DNA of 64,000 bases, taken from an uncultured Gemmatimonadaceae bacterium (lineage in GTDB: Bacteria > Gemmatimonadota > Gemmatimonadetes > Gemmatimonadales > Gemmatimonadaceae). Numbering within the stretch: the stretch's first letter is position 1; every line of letters starts with the position of its first letter. The notes beneath the pieces are model-generated. The model was not told where the DNA came from. It did not search any database and saw only the letters and a list, made by a program, of their open reading frames with translations. A program made the position numbers and the translations under genes. Positions 32,497 through 44,266 of the stretch are shown here, piece after piece. The stretch covers positions 480,001 to 544,000 of the forward strand of contig CAWFQK010000004.1 of NCBI GenBank assembly GCA_963817955.1. Direction: 5' to 3'.

Positions 32497-32540
32497 CCTA
32501 TTTTCCGCCATCTATCAGCCCGCCCTACAAGCAGCCCGCT

Positions 32541-33443
32541 CTACAAGGCCGCCAGTTCCGCCCCACAGCGCTCGCAGTACCACTCAGTGGGATAGTTCAT
32601 CGAGCCACACTCGTTGCACTTCAGCGTCTTGGATGGCTCGATGGGGCCAGATGTTCGAAGCATGATAGGCGTGTTCGCCGGGACATTCGCCGCCAGAGGC
32701 GGCTCCGCTCCAGGCTGCCGCGGCTGACCAAGGCCGGCGAGCAACGACTCGGCCGCGCGCTCCGTGGAACGCAGGGTCGGCTCGGACACGGCGGACGGTT
32801 GAGCGGGAAGCGCACTCTCCGATCCCACGCGCACGCCACGCGGCGTTCCGTCTTCGCCGACGACGGTATTCAGGAAGGCCAACTCATCGAACGAACCGCC
32901 TGGCGTCTGCTGCGAACGAGTGACCATCGGTTCGTCCTTTTCAGCAACGACTGGTTCAACCGCTGGCTCGCCGGAGGGTGCCGACTCCACCGCCGGGGCC
33001 GCGAGCATGTCTGGCGGCCGATTCTCCAGCAACCCGTCCAGCTCGGCCATGCGACGCTCGAGGCCCTTTCTTTCCCCGTCGAGTTTGTCGAGCGCTTCAT
33101 TGACGACGCGGAACGACTCCTCGGCATCCGTGCCCGATAACTCGCCGACATGCGAACGCAGTTCCAGCTCTGCGCGCTCGTCACGCCGCATCTGCTCCTC
33201 GGCCTGTAGCAATGACAGGCGAGACTGAACACTCGTCCGCTCCTCGTCGATCGCTTGCCGGTACGACGCGATCTGCTCGTCGACGCGCTGCAGCCGGTCA
33301 CGATAGTCCGACTGCACGCGCTCGAACACATGCGCGGGTGTCGACTCGCGACGCGCCTCCAGCGCGGCGAGCCAACCTTCGTAACGCCGCCGCTCATCGA
33401 GCAGCGCCGGGACCTCGTTCAATGAGCGGTTCGAGTCGGTCAT
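32541..33443 (-). CDS. Coiled-coil protein with C-terminal zinc ribbon
   Basis: CNECGSMNYPTEWYCERCGAEL. Confidence 0.75.
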   Translation of the reverse strand: MTDSNRSLNEVPALLDERRRYEGWLAALEARRESTPAHVFERVQSDYRDRLQRVDEQIASYRQAIDEERTSVQSRLSLLQAEEQMRRDERAELELRSHVGELSGTDAEESFRVVNEALDKLDGERKGLERRMAELDGLLENRPPDMLAAPAVESAPSGEPAVEPVVAEKDEPMVTRSQQTPGGSFDELAFLNTVVGEDGTPRGVRVGSESALPAQPSAVSEPTLRSTERAAESLLAGLGQPRQPGAEPPLAANVPANTPIMLRTSGPIEPSKTLKCNECGSMNYPTEWYCERCGAELAAL

Positions 33444-34087
33444 CGTCTGTCCCCGCGGCGACTATGCAACGCGTGCACGTCCGCCACGCTGAGTTCGTTC
33501 ACATTCCCAAGCGTCCGCGCGGCGAGCAGAATCCGCGCCGCATGCTCCAGACTCTCCATTCGCTGATGCGCCACCTCGAGTGTTGCGCCAACAGTGGTCG
33601 CGCCGTGGTTCGCCATGAGGAATGCATCGTGGTCGCCAAGGTGCGCATCGAAATTCACTGCCAGGGCGTCCGTTCCAGGTGTGGCATAGGGCACCAACGG
33701 CACTTCGCCCATCTGCAAGATAACTTCGGGCAACACCGGCGCCACGAACGACTCGCCCGCGACGGCGAACCCGGTGGCCACGGGCGGGTGCGCGTGGACG
33801 ACCGCCGCCACATCAGCACGGCGCTCGTAGATGTGAAGATGCACGCGTAGCTCGCTCGACGGGCGCCGCGTCCCGCTCACCACCAAGCCGTCCTGCCGGA
33901 CGACGACGAGATCGCCGGACGTGACGTCGACTTTCGACATCCCGCTTGGCGTCACGAGGATAGTGCCGTCGGCGAGACGCACCGAGACGTTGCCGTCGGG
34001 ACCGGCGATGAGGCCACGCTCATAGAGTCGGCGGCACACGCGCACGATGCCGTCCGCCGCATCGGCACGACCGCTCGCATCATTCAC
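33440..34087 (-). CDS. Class II aldolase/adducin family protein
   Basis: DGNVSVR..VTPSG; PSSELRVH; VVHAHPP; MANHG. Confidence 0.9.
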   Translation of the reverse strand: MNDASGRADAADGIVRVCRRLYERGLIAGPDGNVSVRLADGTILVTPSGMSKVDVTSGDLVVVRQDGLVVSGTRRPSSELRVHLHIYERRADVAAVVHAHPPVATGFAVAGESFVAPVLPEVILQMGEVPLVPYATPGTDALAVNFDAHLGDHDAFLMANHGATTVGATLEVAHQRMESLEHAARILLAARTLGNVNELSVADVHALHSRRGDRR

Positions 34088-35383
34088 CCGTCGCGGCGAT
34101 GGACGACGCGCCCTCCGACGATCGTCCAGTACGTGCGCCCACGAAGCGTCTGATTGGTGTACGGCGTATTGCGGCCTTTCGACTTGAAGCGCGACGGATC
34201 GACCACCCATTCCGCGTCGGGGTCGAACACGGTGATGTCCGCCGCAGCCCCCATGCGCAGCGTCCCGCCCGGCAACTTGAACACACGCGCCGGCGCGCAC
34301 GACATCCGTTCGATGAGCAGCGGAACGTCGATGATTCCGGGCGCCACGAGCCACGTGAGATTCACGGCGAGCGCGGTTTCCAGGCCGATGATGCCATTTG
34401 GTGCGTCGGCGAATTCACGTTCCTTCTCGTCGTAATGATGCGGCGCATGATCGGTGGCGATGAGATCGATCGTGCCGTCACGTACCGCCTCTTGCAACGC
34501 GGACACATCATCAGCGGTTCGCAACGGCGGATTCATCTTCGCGTTGGTATCGTACCCTTCGACAGCGTCTTCGGTCAGCGAGATGTGATGCGGGCAGACT
34601 TCAGCCGTCACGTTGATTCCCCGCTCCTTGCCCCAGCGAATGAGTTCCACTGATCCACGCGTGCTCATGTGGCAGAGGTGGATGTGGCCGCCGGTGCGCC
34701 GCGCCAGGAGGATGTCGCGAATGGCCATGATCTCTTCGGCCTCCGCTGGAATCCCCTTGAGCCCCAGGCGGGCGCTCACCAGGCCTTCGTTCATCGCGCC
34801 GCCTTGAGCGAGCGTCGGCTCCTCGCAGTGATCGGCAACGGGAATACCGAACGTCCGCGCATACTCGAGTGCGGTCCGCATCAGCTGCGCGCTCACGACC
34901 GGCTTGCCGTCGTCGCTCACCGCCACGGCGCCGGCGGCCACCATCTCGCCGAATTCCGCGAGCGCGTCACCGCGCTGGCCAATCGAGATCGCGCCGATGG
35001 GATACACGCGCGCCGCATTCGCGCTCTGCGATTGTCGAATAATGAAGCCCACCGCCGCCTGATTGTCCGTCACCGGGTCGGTGTTGGGCATGGCACACAC
35101 GGCGGTGAAGCCGCCAGCCGCCGCGGCGCGCGCGCCGCTCGCGATCGTCTCCACTTCCTCGCGTCCCGGTTCGCGCAGATGGCAGTGCACATCCATGAAG
35201 CCCGGGTGACACCACGAGCCCCGCGCAGTCAAGGACCTCGATGTCGTCAGAGACAGAAACGTCCGTCTCATGCCGCATGAGCGACGCAATGACGCCGTTC
35301 TCGACGAGCAGGTCGGCCACGGCGTCGTGGGACTGCGATGGATCGACGACGCGGCCGCCGCGGAGCAGGAGCGCCCGACTCAT
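34084..35383 (-). CDS. pyrC: Dihydroorotase (indel ~35210)
   Basis: [33 protein letters not shown]. Confidence 0.94.
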
Positions 35384-36347
35384 CGCTCGCCTCCCGACTT
35401 CTTGGCGGCTTCGGCCAATTCCGGCCGTCCGCCGGAGAGGAGATAGAGCACGGCCATTCGAATCGCCACGCCGTTCGTCACTTGATTCAGAATCACGCTG
35501 AAGGGTCCGTCGGCCACATCGGAGTCGATCTCGACACCGCGATTCATTGGGCCGGGGTGGAGAATGAGGATGTCGTGCGGTGCGCGGTCAAGCCGTTCGC
35601 GCGACACGCCGAACACGCGATTGTATTCGCGCAGCGAGGGGATATACCCCGCGGTCATGCGCTCGAGTTGGAGGCGCAGGATGTTCAGCGCGTCGGCCCA
35701 CTCGATCGCCTCCTCGACGCGGTCGAACACGGTCACGCCCGAGGTCGTCGATCGCGTTCGGCAGGAGCGACCGCGGTCCGCACACTCCTACCTGAGCGCC
35801 CATCTTGGTGAGCCCCCAGATGTTCGACCGCGCCACGCGTGAGTGGAGCACGTCGCCGCACGATGCAGACCTTGACACCATCGAGCCGGCCGAAATGATC
35901 GCGAAGGGTGAGCAGATCGAGCAGTCCCTGCGTGGGATGCTCGTGCGTGCCGTCGCCGGCGTTGATGACATTCGACTCGATGCGCTCGGCCAGAAACTGG
36001 GCCGCGCCGGAGGCGCCATGGCGGATGACCACCATGTCGATCCGCATCGCCTCGAGGTTCCGCGCCGTGTCGACCAGTGTCTCGCCCTTGGACACACTGG
36101 AGCCCGACGCGGCGACGTTCACCGTGTCGGCCGACAACCGCTTCTCGGCGAACTCGAACGAGACGCGGGTGCGGGTCGACGCCTCGAAGAACAGATTGAC
36201 GATCGTCGCACCGCGCAGCGTCGGCACCTTCTTGATCGCCCGCTCGCTGATTTCCTTGAATGGCTCGGCAGTGTCGAGGATCAGCTTGATCTGCTCGCCG
36301 CTCAACGGCTCGAGCCCAAGAAGGTCCTTGCCAAGCGATAACGTCAC
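35380..36347 (-). CDS. pyrB: Aspartate carbamoyltransferase catalytic subunit (indels)
   Basis: [39 protein letters not shown]. Confidence 0.95.
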
Positions 36348-36895
36348 GTCACGACCTCACGCTCGGTCATGACCGCGCCGTTCTTTCCGTCCAGTTCCTC
36401 CACGAGCACGTCAACCCGTTGCATGGCGTCGGCGACGATCGTCTTGCCGACGATATCGGGCTGGATGGGTAGTTCGCGGCCGCCGCGATCGATCAGCACG
36501 GCGAGCGCGATGCGCTTCGGTCGGCCGAAATCCGCCAGTTCGTCGAGCGCCGCGCGAATCGTGCGTCCCGTGTAGAGGACGTCGTCGACGATCACCACAC
36601 GGAGCCCGTCGATGTCGACGGGAATCTGCGTTTGGCCGACGAGCGGTCGCGGCCCGACCGTCTGAAGGTCGTCGCGATAGAGCGTAATGTCCAACGCGCC
36701 TCGCGGCACCTGAACCTTCTCTCGCTCGGCGATGGTCGATACGATGCGCGCCGCGAGCTGAACGCCGCGGCGCTGAATGCCGACGATAACGAGACCGTCC
36801 GTGCCGTTGTTTAGCTCGACGATCTCGTCGGCCATGCGCCGGAGCGTTCGGTCAAACGCGCGCGCATCGAGGATCGTGGATTGTTTCGCTGCCAT
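36344..36895 (-). CDS. pyrR: Pyrimidine regulator/UPRTase PyrR
   Basis: [37 protein letters not shown]. Confidence 0.95.
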   Translation of the reverse strand: MAAKQSTILDARAFDRTLRRMADEIVELNNGTDGLVIVGIQRRGVQLAARIVSTIAEREKVQVPRGALDITLYRDDLQTVGPRPLVGQTQIPVDIDGLRVVIVDDVLYTGRTIRAALDELADFGRPKRIALAVLIDRGGRELPIQPDIVGKTIVADAMQRVDVLVEELDGKNGAVMTEREVVT

Positions 36896-37056
36896 AGTTG
36901 CAGCGGAATATGACGGTGTCCGGCGCGCCGGGCAACTCGCGGCGCCACGCGCCAGTTCGGCTCTACCGCAACGATAGACGGCACCGACTGCCGGACGCCT
37001 GGCGCATGGGACAGATTCAACTGGTGCCGTACCGCAGCCGCCCCCCTCAGACTCTC

Positions 37057-40000
37057 ATGATGCAGCCGCTCACGATCGACACGTATACGCGCCAGTCGCT
37101 CGTCCAGCGCCTGCTCGGCGAGCCGATGTTCGTCGAGGCCACGCACGGCGTCCTCGGGGCGTTGGCGGTCGCAATGCTCTGGAACGCTGCACCGCACACG
37201 CTCCTGCTCACCTGGGTCTTTGCGCTCGATGCCGCGACGGTCGCGCGCTATTATCTGCGCCGCTATTACGCCACGAGACAGACGTCGGTGGTCGCTGTTC
37301 CCGGTCTGCTCCGCATCGCCATCGTCGTCGTCGGCCTCTGTTGGGGTATCGGAGCCTTCACGCTGGCGCCGATCATTCCGAACGTTGACCTCGCGCTATT
37401 GATGGTGATCATGTGCGGCGTATGCGCGGCGGGAACGGCGTCGTTGCTCGCTGACCGAGCGACCTACCGCGGCTTTCTCGTCGCCATGCTGGCGCCGCTC
37501 GCCCTCGGCATGCTGCGGACGCAGCACATGCACGACGACATGCTCGCGCTGGCCATGGTGGTATTGTTTGGCGCCGGCATGCTGATGCTGCATGGGAACG
37601 TCCAAGAGATCCTCATCGACCTCATTCGCACGACGTTCACGGTCCAATCCACGGCGGCCGTCGCGGCGCGCGAGCGGGAGTTCCTGGAGAGTCTCATTCA
37701 GACCGCCCCGTCAGCCGTGGCCGTGACGGACGCGAGCGAGCGTCTCACGCGCATCAACCCAGCGTTCGAGTCCATGTTCGGCTATTCGCCCGAGGAAGCG
37801 ATTGGGCGCCGCATCGAGGAGCTCATTGTGCCCGCAGACGATCGCGAGGCGTTTCGGGTGCTTCGCGAGCACGTGGTGGCCGGCGGGACGATCGACGGAG
37901 AACGCGTACGCCACGCAAAGAGCGGCCAATTGCTCCATGTACGAGCAGCGGCCTCGCCGCTGGCTGGCGCGGGAGGAACGCTCATCCTGTACTCCGATAT
38001 CACTGAACAGAAGATCGCGGAACGCCACATCCGCGAGAGCGAAGATCGGCTCTTCCGAACGCTCGATAGTCTGCCAGCCGGCATTGTGGTCGTCGGCGTT
38101 GACGGCAGTGCTCTCCTTGCCAACGCACGCGCGCGGGACCTTCTCGGCCCAGGCATCGCATCCGGTCCATCCGGCGATGATCTCGCGTGCACGTATCAGG
38201 CGTGTGTCGCCGGCACCGACCGCGTCTACCCGTCCGAGCGAAACCCACTGCTACGCGCTCTGCACGGCGAACGTGTGGTCATCGACGACATGGAGATTCG
38301 GCGGCCCGGCGGGTCGATCATCGTAGAGGTATCGGGTTCCCCGATCACGGACTCCGAAGGCGACGTGGTGTTTGGCGTCGCCACGTTCTCCGACATCACC
38401 GAACGCCAGAGGCTCGAGCGTCGCAACGCCGCCCGCAATGCCGTGGTTGCCGTCCTCGCCGAAGCAACCGATGAATCGTCGATCATCGCAGGGATGTTGC
38501 ACGCCGTCTGCGAAGAGCTCGGGTGGGATATCGGCAGCATGTGGCATGTCGATGCGGCAACGGAACTCCTGCGCAACGCCGGCTTTTGGTGCAGACCAGG
38601 ATTCGATGCCGGCGAGTCCGAGGCCTTCATGCGCACGCAGTCATACGCGCGTGGTGTCGGCCTCGCCGGGTGCGTGTTGGCAGACCCGCGTCCGCTATGG
38701 GTTGAAGACTTGTCGGTTCACGAACCGCCATTCGTGCGTGCCGCCGCGGCAACGCATCTGCGCGCCGCGCTCGGCTTGCCGGTACGCGTTGCCGGCGCGA
38801 TCGTCGGAGTGATCGAGCTCTTTAGCGCCGAGGCGCGCCCGGAGGACGGTGCGATGATCGAAATGTTGGCCGCGATCGCTTCGCAGGTGGGAAATGCCGT
38901 CGAACGCCGTCGGGCGGAAGTGGCGTTGCGCGAAGCACGTGACGCCGCCGAGCAGGCGACCACCGCAAAAAGCGCGTTTCTCGCACACATGAGCCACGAG
39001 ATTCGCACTCCGCTGAATGGCATTCTCGGCATGGCCGAGCTGTTGCTCGATGGCTCGCTCACCGCTGATGACCGGCGCGGCGTGGAGTTGATTGCCACCT
39101 CCGGCGAGTCGCTCCTCGCCATCATCGACGCCATCCTCGATTTCTCGAAGATCGAAGCAGAGCAGCTGACGCTCGAGGTGAGCGAATTTGAGCTCCCCGT
39201 ACTGATCGAATCGAGTACCGATCTGATGGCGACTCGCGCGGCGAACACCGCGACCGAAGTATTCATCGACGTCGACCCGTCCACGCCGAGATTCGTGATC
39301 GGCGATCCGACACGCTTGCGTCAGGTGTTGAACAACCTGATCGGCAACGCGATCAAGTTCACCCCACGTGGCAACGTCGTCGTACGCGCGACCCGCGGCA
39401 GCAGCCGGGATGACGTCGCGGACATCATGTTCAGCGTGCGCGACACCGGAATCGGAATCCAGCCGGATCAACTCGCGTCGATCTTCGAGCCCTTTCGGCA
39501 GGCGGATGCGTCGACGACGCGAAAGTTCGGCGGCACAGGGCTGGGTCTTTCGATCTGTCGGCGGCTCGTGATGCTCATGGGGGGCGATCTGCAAGTGCAC
39601 AGCACGCCGGGGGCCGGGAGCAACTTCACCTTCACCCTGCCCCTGCGACTACCGCCGCGTGTGACCACACCGCGGTCGCCGAGGTCGGTCGCGCGACCCA
39701 GAATCGAACGCGCCGCCACCGCGCGCCGCGTGCTCCTCGCCGAAGACAACGCGGTGAATCAGGAAGTAGCCTCTCGTATGCTGCGGCGGCGCGGCCATGT
39801 GGTCGACATCGTGGGGAACGGGCGTGAGGCGGTCGAGGCCGTGGCCCGCGGCGTGTACGACGTCGTCCTGATGGACGTGCAGATGCCCGAGCTTGACGGG
39901 CTGCAGGCGACGCGAGCGATTCGCACAGACGCGCCCGCAGGCCGACCGCGCATCATCGCCGTCACAGCGAACGCAACCAGCGCCGAACGCGACCGATGCC

Positions 40001-40461
40001 TAGCTGCGGGGATGGACGGTTATCTGTCCAAGCCGTTCCGCCCAGCGGATCTGTTCGCAGCCGTGGAGACGGGCGACGTCGAGGCGCTGCCGACCGCGAC
40101 GCCAGAGTTGGAGATGTCTGAGGCTGCCATCGACCTCGACGCCCTGCAAGCCGACCTCGCGGCGGCACAGGTGGCGGACATTCTTCCGGAACTCTTGGAA
40201 AGCTTCGAGCGAGACGCTCCGTGCCGCTTGGAGGCGCTCGAGCGTGCGGTGGCGGCCGGAGACGCCGCGGAAATCGAGCGCACCGCCCACGCATACAAAT
40301 CGCCGAGCTCGACGATCTACGCGCGGCCCTTAGCCACGCTGCTTGGCCAGATCGAGGCAACCGCCAGCCGGCAGGACTCGACAGGATTGCCGGCGTTACT
40401 CGTGGCGGTGCAGAACGAGTCGAGGCGCGTCAGCTTGTTGCTCAGCGCCCGGAGGATCTAG
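37057..40461 (+). CDS. Membrane hybrid sensor histidine kinase (TM-PAS-PAS-GAF-HisKA-HATPase-REC-HPt)
   Basis: MSHEIRTPLNG; GDPTRLRQVL.NLIGNAIKFT; GGTGLGLSI; LLAEDN..LMDVQMP; AHAYK. Start codon uncertain. Confidence 0.92.
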   Translation: MMQPLTIDTYTRQSLVQRLLGEPMFVEATHGVLGALAVAMLWNAAPHTLLLTWVFALDAATVARYYLRRYYATRQTSVVAVPGLLRIAIVVVGLCWGIGAFTLAPIIPNVDLALLMVIMCGVCAAGTASLLADRATYRGFLVAMLAPLALGMLRTQHMHDDMLALAMVVLFGAGMLMLHGNVQEILIDLIRTTFTVQSTAAVAAREREFLESLIQTAPSAVAVTDASERLTRINPAFESMFGYSPEEAIGRRIEELIVPADDREAFRVLREHVVAGGTIDGERVRHAKSGQLLHVRAAASPLAGAGGTLILYSDITEQKIAERHIRESEDRLFRTLDSLPAGIVVVGVDGSALLANARARDLLGPGIASGPSGDDLACTYQACVAGTDRVYPSERNPLLRALHGERVVIDDMEIRRPGGSIIVEVSGSPITDSEGDVVFGVATFSDITERQRLERRNAARNAVVAVLAEATDESSIIAGMLHAVCEELGWDIGSMWHVDAATELLRNAGFWCRPGFDAGESEAFMRTQSYARGVGLAGCVLADPRPLWVEDLSVHEPPFVRAAAATHLRAALGLPVRVAGAIVGVIELFSAEARPEDGAMIEMLAAIASQVGNAVERRRAEVALREARDAAEQATTAKSAFLAHMSHEIRTPLNGILGMAELLLDGSLTADDRRGVELIATSGESLLAIIDAILDFSKIEAEQLTLEVSEFELPVLIESSTDLMATRAANTATEVFIDVDPSTPRFVIGDPTRLRQVLNNLIGNAIKFTPRGNVVVRATRGSSRDDVADIMFSVRDTGIGIQPDQLASIFEPFRQADASTTRKFGGTGLGLSICRRLVMLMGGDLQVHSTPGAGSNFTFTLPLRLPPRVTTPRSPRSVARPRIERAATARRVLLAEDNAVNQEVASRMLRRRGHVVDIVGNGREAVEAVARGVYDVVLMDVQMPELDGLQATRAIRTDAPAGRPRIIAVTANATSAERDRCLAAGMDGYLSKPFRPADLFAAVETGDVEALPTATPELEMSEAAIDLDALQADLAAAQVADILPELLESFERDAPCRLEALERAVAAGDAAEIERTAHAYKSPSSTIYARPLATLLGQIEATASRQDSTGLPALLVAVQNESRRVSLLLSARRI

Positions 40462-40562
40462 CCGCGCTAGCGCTGCTCAAGGACTGGCGCGACATTTTCG
40501 ACGCATACCCGCTGCCGGCCTCGGTGACTATCATACGTTCTGGTGCTCTCTACGGATGGCCG

Positions 40563-40802
40563 TCAGTGCCACCGCGCCATGGATGCCGCCGTGCCGCCTT
40601 GCGCGATCGCGCGGCCAGCTTCCATACGAGGCGAAGGCGAATCTGAAAAGACCGTTCCGGACACGTTCGCGAGAAGGCCGAGCATGATTTCGCCCTGGTG
40701 CGAGAGGCTCTGCGACGCCAATACGAGCGAATGGAGGATCGCGCCGACCGACACGAGTCCGAGCGTGAGCCGCCGCCGAAGCTGCCAGCCCTTCGCCTTC
40801 AT
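40563..40802 (-). CDS. Small 2-TM membrane protein (possibly frameshifted)
   Basis: LTLGLVSVGAILHSLVLA..IMLGLLANVSGTVF. Confidence 0.35.
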   Translation of the reverse strand: MKAKGWQLRRRLTLGLVSVGAILHSLVLASQSLSHQGEIMLGLLANVSGTVFSDSPSPRMEAGRAIAQGGTAASMARWH

Positions 40803-41493
40803 CCCGGCGGTGTCGCGGGCTGCATCTACGCGAACGAAGTACTCCTTGAGACAACATCGGCTTCAATGCCGGGAAGGCCGACTCCGAACTCTCCGGCATT
40901 TCTCGTGGAGCGTGACGTTCGTCTCCAGCCTGCGGCCGGAGCGCCGACACGTGACAGGGATCCGTGTGGCTGGCCATTGATGGCCGGCAGCGCGACCTTG
41001 GTCTATGGATTCGGCTCTGCGTGATACGCGGTGTCGCCTCGCCCTAGTCTCACGATAGCACCGGTTCCTTGTTGGGCTTAGGGTTGAGATCCCATCACGA
41101 CCATGGCGATGCAGCGGTAGGCAGGGTCAGCAGTGGGAACCTGGCGGATACGAGAGCGACGACGTTTCTCGTATTGAGTGTGACCGCCCATTCGGTTCTG
41201 CGCATTTCCCTCGCCGTTGTGAGGTTGCTTAGCATAATCTTCGCACAACTTGGGGTACAAGAAATGCGATAATGACGTGATAGCGTTAATGATCGGCATG
41301 GGCCGCTCGGGCCTCATAGATTCGCAGCCACCTCGATTTGACCGGGGCGGGTATCCACGAACCGAGCACGGATCTCGAACTCGCCAACCGACCCGCGTTA
41401 CTGGAACAGTAATCAATGGCTGCGTAATGGGAAGTCGATGCGCCATCGGCGCTTGCATCCAGGTCAGACCAGGAAGGGCTTGGGCTCCGTTTG

Positions 41494-42031
41494 ATGCCTA
41501 ACCGATCGTGGCTCATCGCGGCAGTCGTTCTTCTCGCCATCGGGCTCGTCCTCGGCATGCGTACCGCGCCCAAGGGCATGCGCCGGTGCGCGCCGTTGTC
41601 GGTCATGAATCAGGGGCGCTCCTGTTCGCACGAATCGCGGCGAACAATTTGTTTGCCGGAACGCTTCTGGTGCTGGGGCTCTATACGGCCGGTGTCAGCG
41701 CCGTGGCTGCCCTGATTGTCAACGGGTTCAAAATCGCGCGCCTGCTTGTCCTGCTCCAAACCAGCGGTGCCACCGCATTCGATATTGTCGCGATGCTCGG
41801 ATTGCACGGCGTGATCGAGTTCCCTGTGCTCATTATCGCAGGCGCGTTCGGCTTGCAAGGCTACCAACGCTTCGTCATAGCATTTGTCAGTCGCGATCGA
41901 GGCGCGAAGTGACGCGCGTGCTCGACTGGCGAACCGCGTGCTTCCTCGGTGCGGCATTGGTGTTGGCTGCAGCGATCGAGACGTGGATTTCACAGCCCGT
42001 AGCAGCACACATTTTGTCGGCGGGACGCTAG
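41494..42031 (+). pseudogene. SpoIIM/DUF95-family membrane protein (two frameshifts)
   Basis: Joined frames give IAANNL..LIVNGF..HGVIEFP..IAGAFG..LAAAIETWIS, a DUF95-like signature. Confidence 0.7.
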
Positions 42032-42085
42032 CAACACAGGAGCACGAGTGAAATAGAAAAGACGGACATGGCGTCCGCCCTTTCT

Positions 42086-42265
42086 TCATGCTAGTTCGCC
42101 CCTATCACGTCGTTGAAACATCATCACGCCGACGATGAGCAGTACGACTCCTGCGAGGTCTGCCATCAAATGCACCGCAGGCTGGGAGATCGGCCCGAAC
42201 GACGCTATGGCGAACTCAGCCCCCAACGCTATCGAGCCCCACGCGTTAGGGCGGAGGCGTGGCAC
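42086..42265 (-). CDS. Small 2-TM protein, immunity-like
   Basis: GTG start immediately after the upstream stop; WGSIALGAEFAIAS..LAGVVLLIVGVMMFQRR. Confidence 0.5.
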   Translation of the reverse strand: MPRLRPNAWGSIALGAEFAIASFGPISQPAVHLMADLAGVVLLIVGVMMFQRRDRGELA

Positions 42266-42266
42266 G

Positions 42267-43292
42267 TTAGTCAGCCCACGCACACGCGTCGTCCCACGAC
42301 GGGATCCCACGCATCGGGTCTTCCGCCACCAAATCGAGATAGTCATGACAGCTCTGGTCGCCTGTGGTGGACGGGTACGGAAACTGCTGAGAAATGAATA
42401 CGCCGAGGTCGAAGCCGATTCCGAATGCTCCCATCATGCCACCCAAGGCGCTGAGTGCAAAATCTTCAATCAGACCGTCAGCAGTGGCGCCGATGGCGCC
42501 AAGGCCCACCGTTGCCTTAATGATCCATCCAAAGATGGACGGACTACCATCCTTCGCTGTGTCGACGACCTGTGCCCCAAGGGATTGTGGCAGTATCATG
42601 TCTGCTGCAACGACTTGGATGCGATGCGCTAAATGCGCGGCAACTCAGGCGTGGCTTCCGCCGTTCCCCGCACCAGGCCGAGACGAGCCTGCTCGTGTTT
42701 TACATCGAATGTTGCGACAGCCCGCCGCGTGAGCACACCGTTCGAAACTCGTTCATGGTGAGCCGTGCAGCTCCCATGCGCCGTCCGTGCGCTTCCACTC
42801 GGGAACTGCGGCGTAGACGAGCGCACCATCCATTGAAATTCGAACGGCGACGCAGGACTGTCACCGGTTCCCGCGTCAACCGCAAGGTCGAAGGTATGTC
42901 CGGATGTCGGAAGCGTCCGACCGTGGATTGCATTTCTGCCGTGTGCGCGACCGAAATCCGTCTCGAACACAGGAATCGCCTGCTGCCGCCCCGAAGTCCG
43001 TCGAGTGCGCCAAGCCGAACGTAGCCCGTCCCTCGGACTACGTGACCCAAGAGATGTTGGGGCGCGACGTCGACATGCTGCCAGTGCCCGTTGGAGTCGA
43101 TACCGTCAACTGAGATCGAAACGCCCGCGGACACGTTCGTCCCCTCGATCGGGGACTTGGTCAACGTCGGTTGTAACACATCGAACGCCGAGCGTAGTGC
43201 GACAGGCTCGCCATTCCTGTCTTGGCATGCCGTTACGAGCACGACAGCGCAGCTAATACCGCGACGGACATGATCTATCGTTCTCGATTCAT
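42267..43292 (-). pseudogene. Fragmented lipoprotein-like gene with a hydrophobic Gly/Ala-rich C-terminus
   Basis: Three consecutive minus-strand ORF pieces. Lipobox-like AVVLVTAC. Tail IIKATVGLGAIGA..ALSALGGMMGAFGIGFDLG. Confidence 0.45.
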
Positions 43293-43789
43293 TGATCCCT
43301 CAAGAAGTGGTGTCTACGGTCGTAAGCGCGTATCCATCGGCTTCCGACAGTGGCATTGCTCGGAGGGAATATTTTGAGTGCTGTTCGGCATCGAACGGCG
43401 TTGGAACTCATACATTGGACCTTGCAGTTCGATGGCTACACGCCGTGCTCGCGCTTCAAAGTGCGATGGACTCCGAGGCGAGCACGTTCGACCAGCGCCG
43501 ACGCTACCTACGGAGCGTCATGCCAGCGTCATGCGGCGCGTTACCGAAGATACGCCGGCGTAAACGCACTTCCGAGAGAACCGGAGATTCGTGCGGCTAT
43601 CGGTGTGGGGATGCCACGAGTTGGCGATGTTGGGCCTATTATATTGATTATAAGAAAAAATTATAGTAAAGTGAAAGTTCTGGCTCTAGCCGCATTCCGT
43701 AAGAACGGTCCAACAGCGGTCGTCGACTGGGGCTTCATGGATTGTTTGGCTCGTGCCGAGACTCATTGAATACCCGCGGGCGAGGCCCC

Positions 43790-44146
43790 ATGTCAGTGAC
43801 TTGGCACTACAGACGACCGATCAACTTCCGCTCGACCTCGCTCGATGGCGGCGATGTCCAGTTCCCGCGTGCGGTTGCGGGTGAGGACTTCGACCGGTAT
43901 GCACGCGCGGTATGGCATCAAGGACAGCGATGGATCCGACGGCATTGGCCCCGGATCTACGGTCCAGACGTCACCATGCACGACGCGCGCGCCAGCTTGT
44001 GTGCGGTCGCGGCGATTGATGTCGTGCGGCGCTTGTATCCTCAAGAACAGCAGCTGCTGAGCGAACTGGTCTACCGTGCATGGACTGAAGCCGAGCGCGA
44101 TCTACGCGTGGAAACGATAGACGCCCATCTCGCGGCTGCGGGATGA
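43790..44146 (+). CDS. Hypothetical protein
   Basis: 118-aa ORF from ATG 43790 with a GAGG RBS, ending just before the tRNA. Confidence 0.6.
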   Translation: MSVTWHYRRPINFRSTSLDGGDVQFPRAVAGEDFDRYARAVWHQGQRWIRRHWPRIYGPDVTMHDARASLCAVAAIDVVRRLYPQEQQLLSELVYRAWTEAERDLRVETIDAHLAAAG

Positions 44147-44165
44147 GCGTCTATGGTCTGCGACA

Positions 44166-44252
44166 CGGATGAGGCGAGATTCGAACTCGCGAGCGGCTTG
44201 CGCCGCCACACGCTTTCCAGGCGTGCGCCTTAAACCACTCGGCCACCCATCC
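44166..44252 (-). tRNA. tRNA-Ser(GGA), intact copy
   Basis: GGATGGGTGGCCGAGTGGTTTAAGGCG-CACGC-CT-GGA-AA-GCGTG, long variable arm, GTTCGAATC, acceptor CTCATCC-G. Confidence 0.96.
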
Positions 44253-44266
44253 AACAGCCATCTAAC

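Noticed and set aside
36896..37056. PyrR-binding attenuator upstream of pyrR
   Set aside because: No recognisable PyrR-binding loop or terminator in the short divergent intergenic region.
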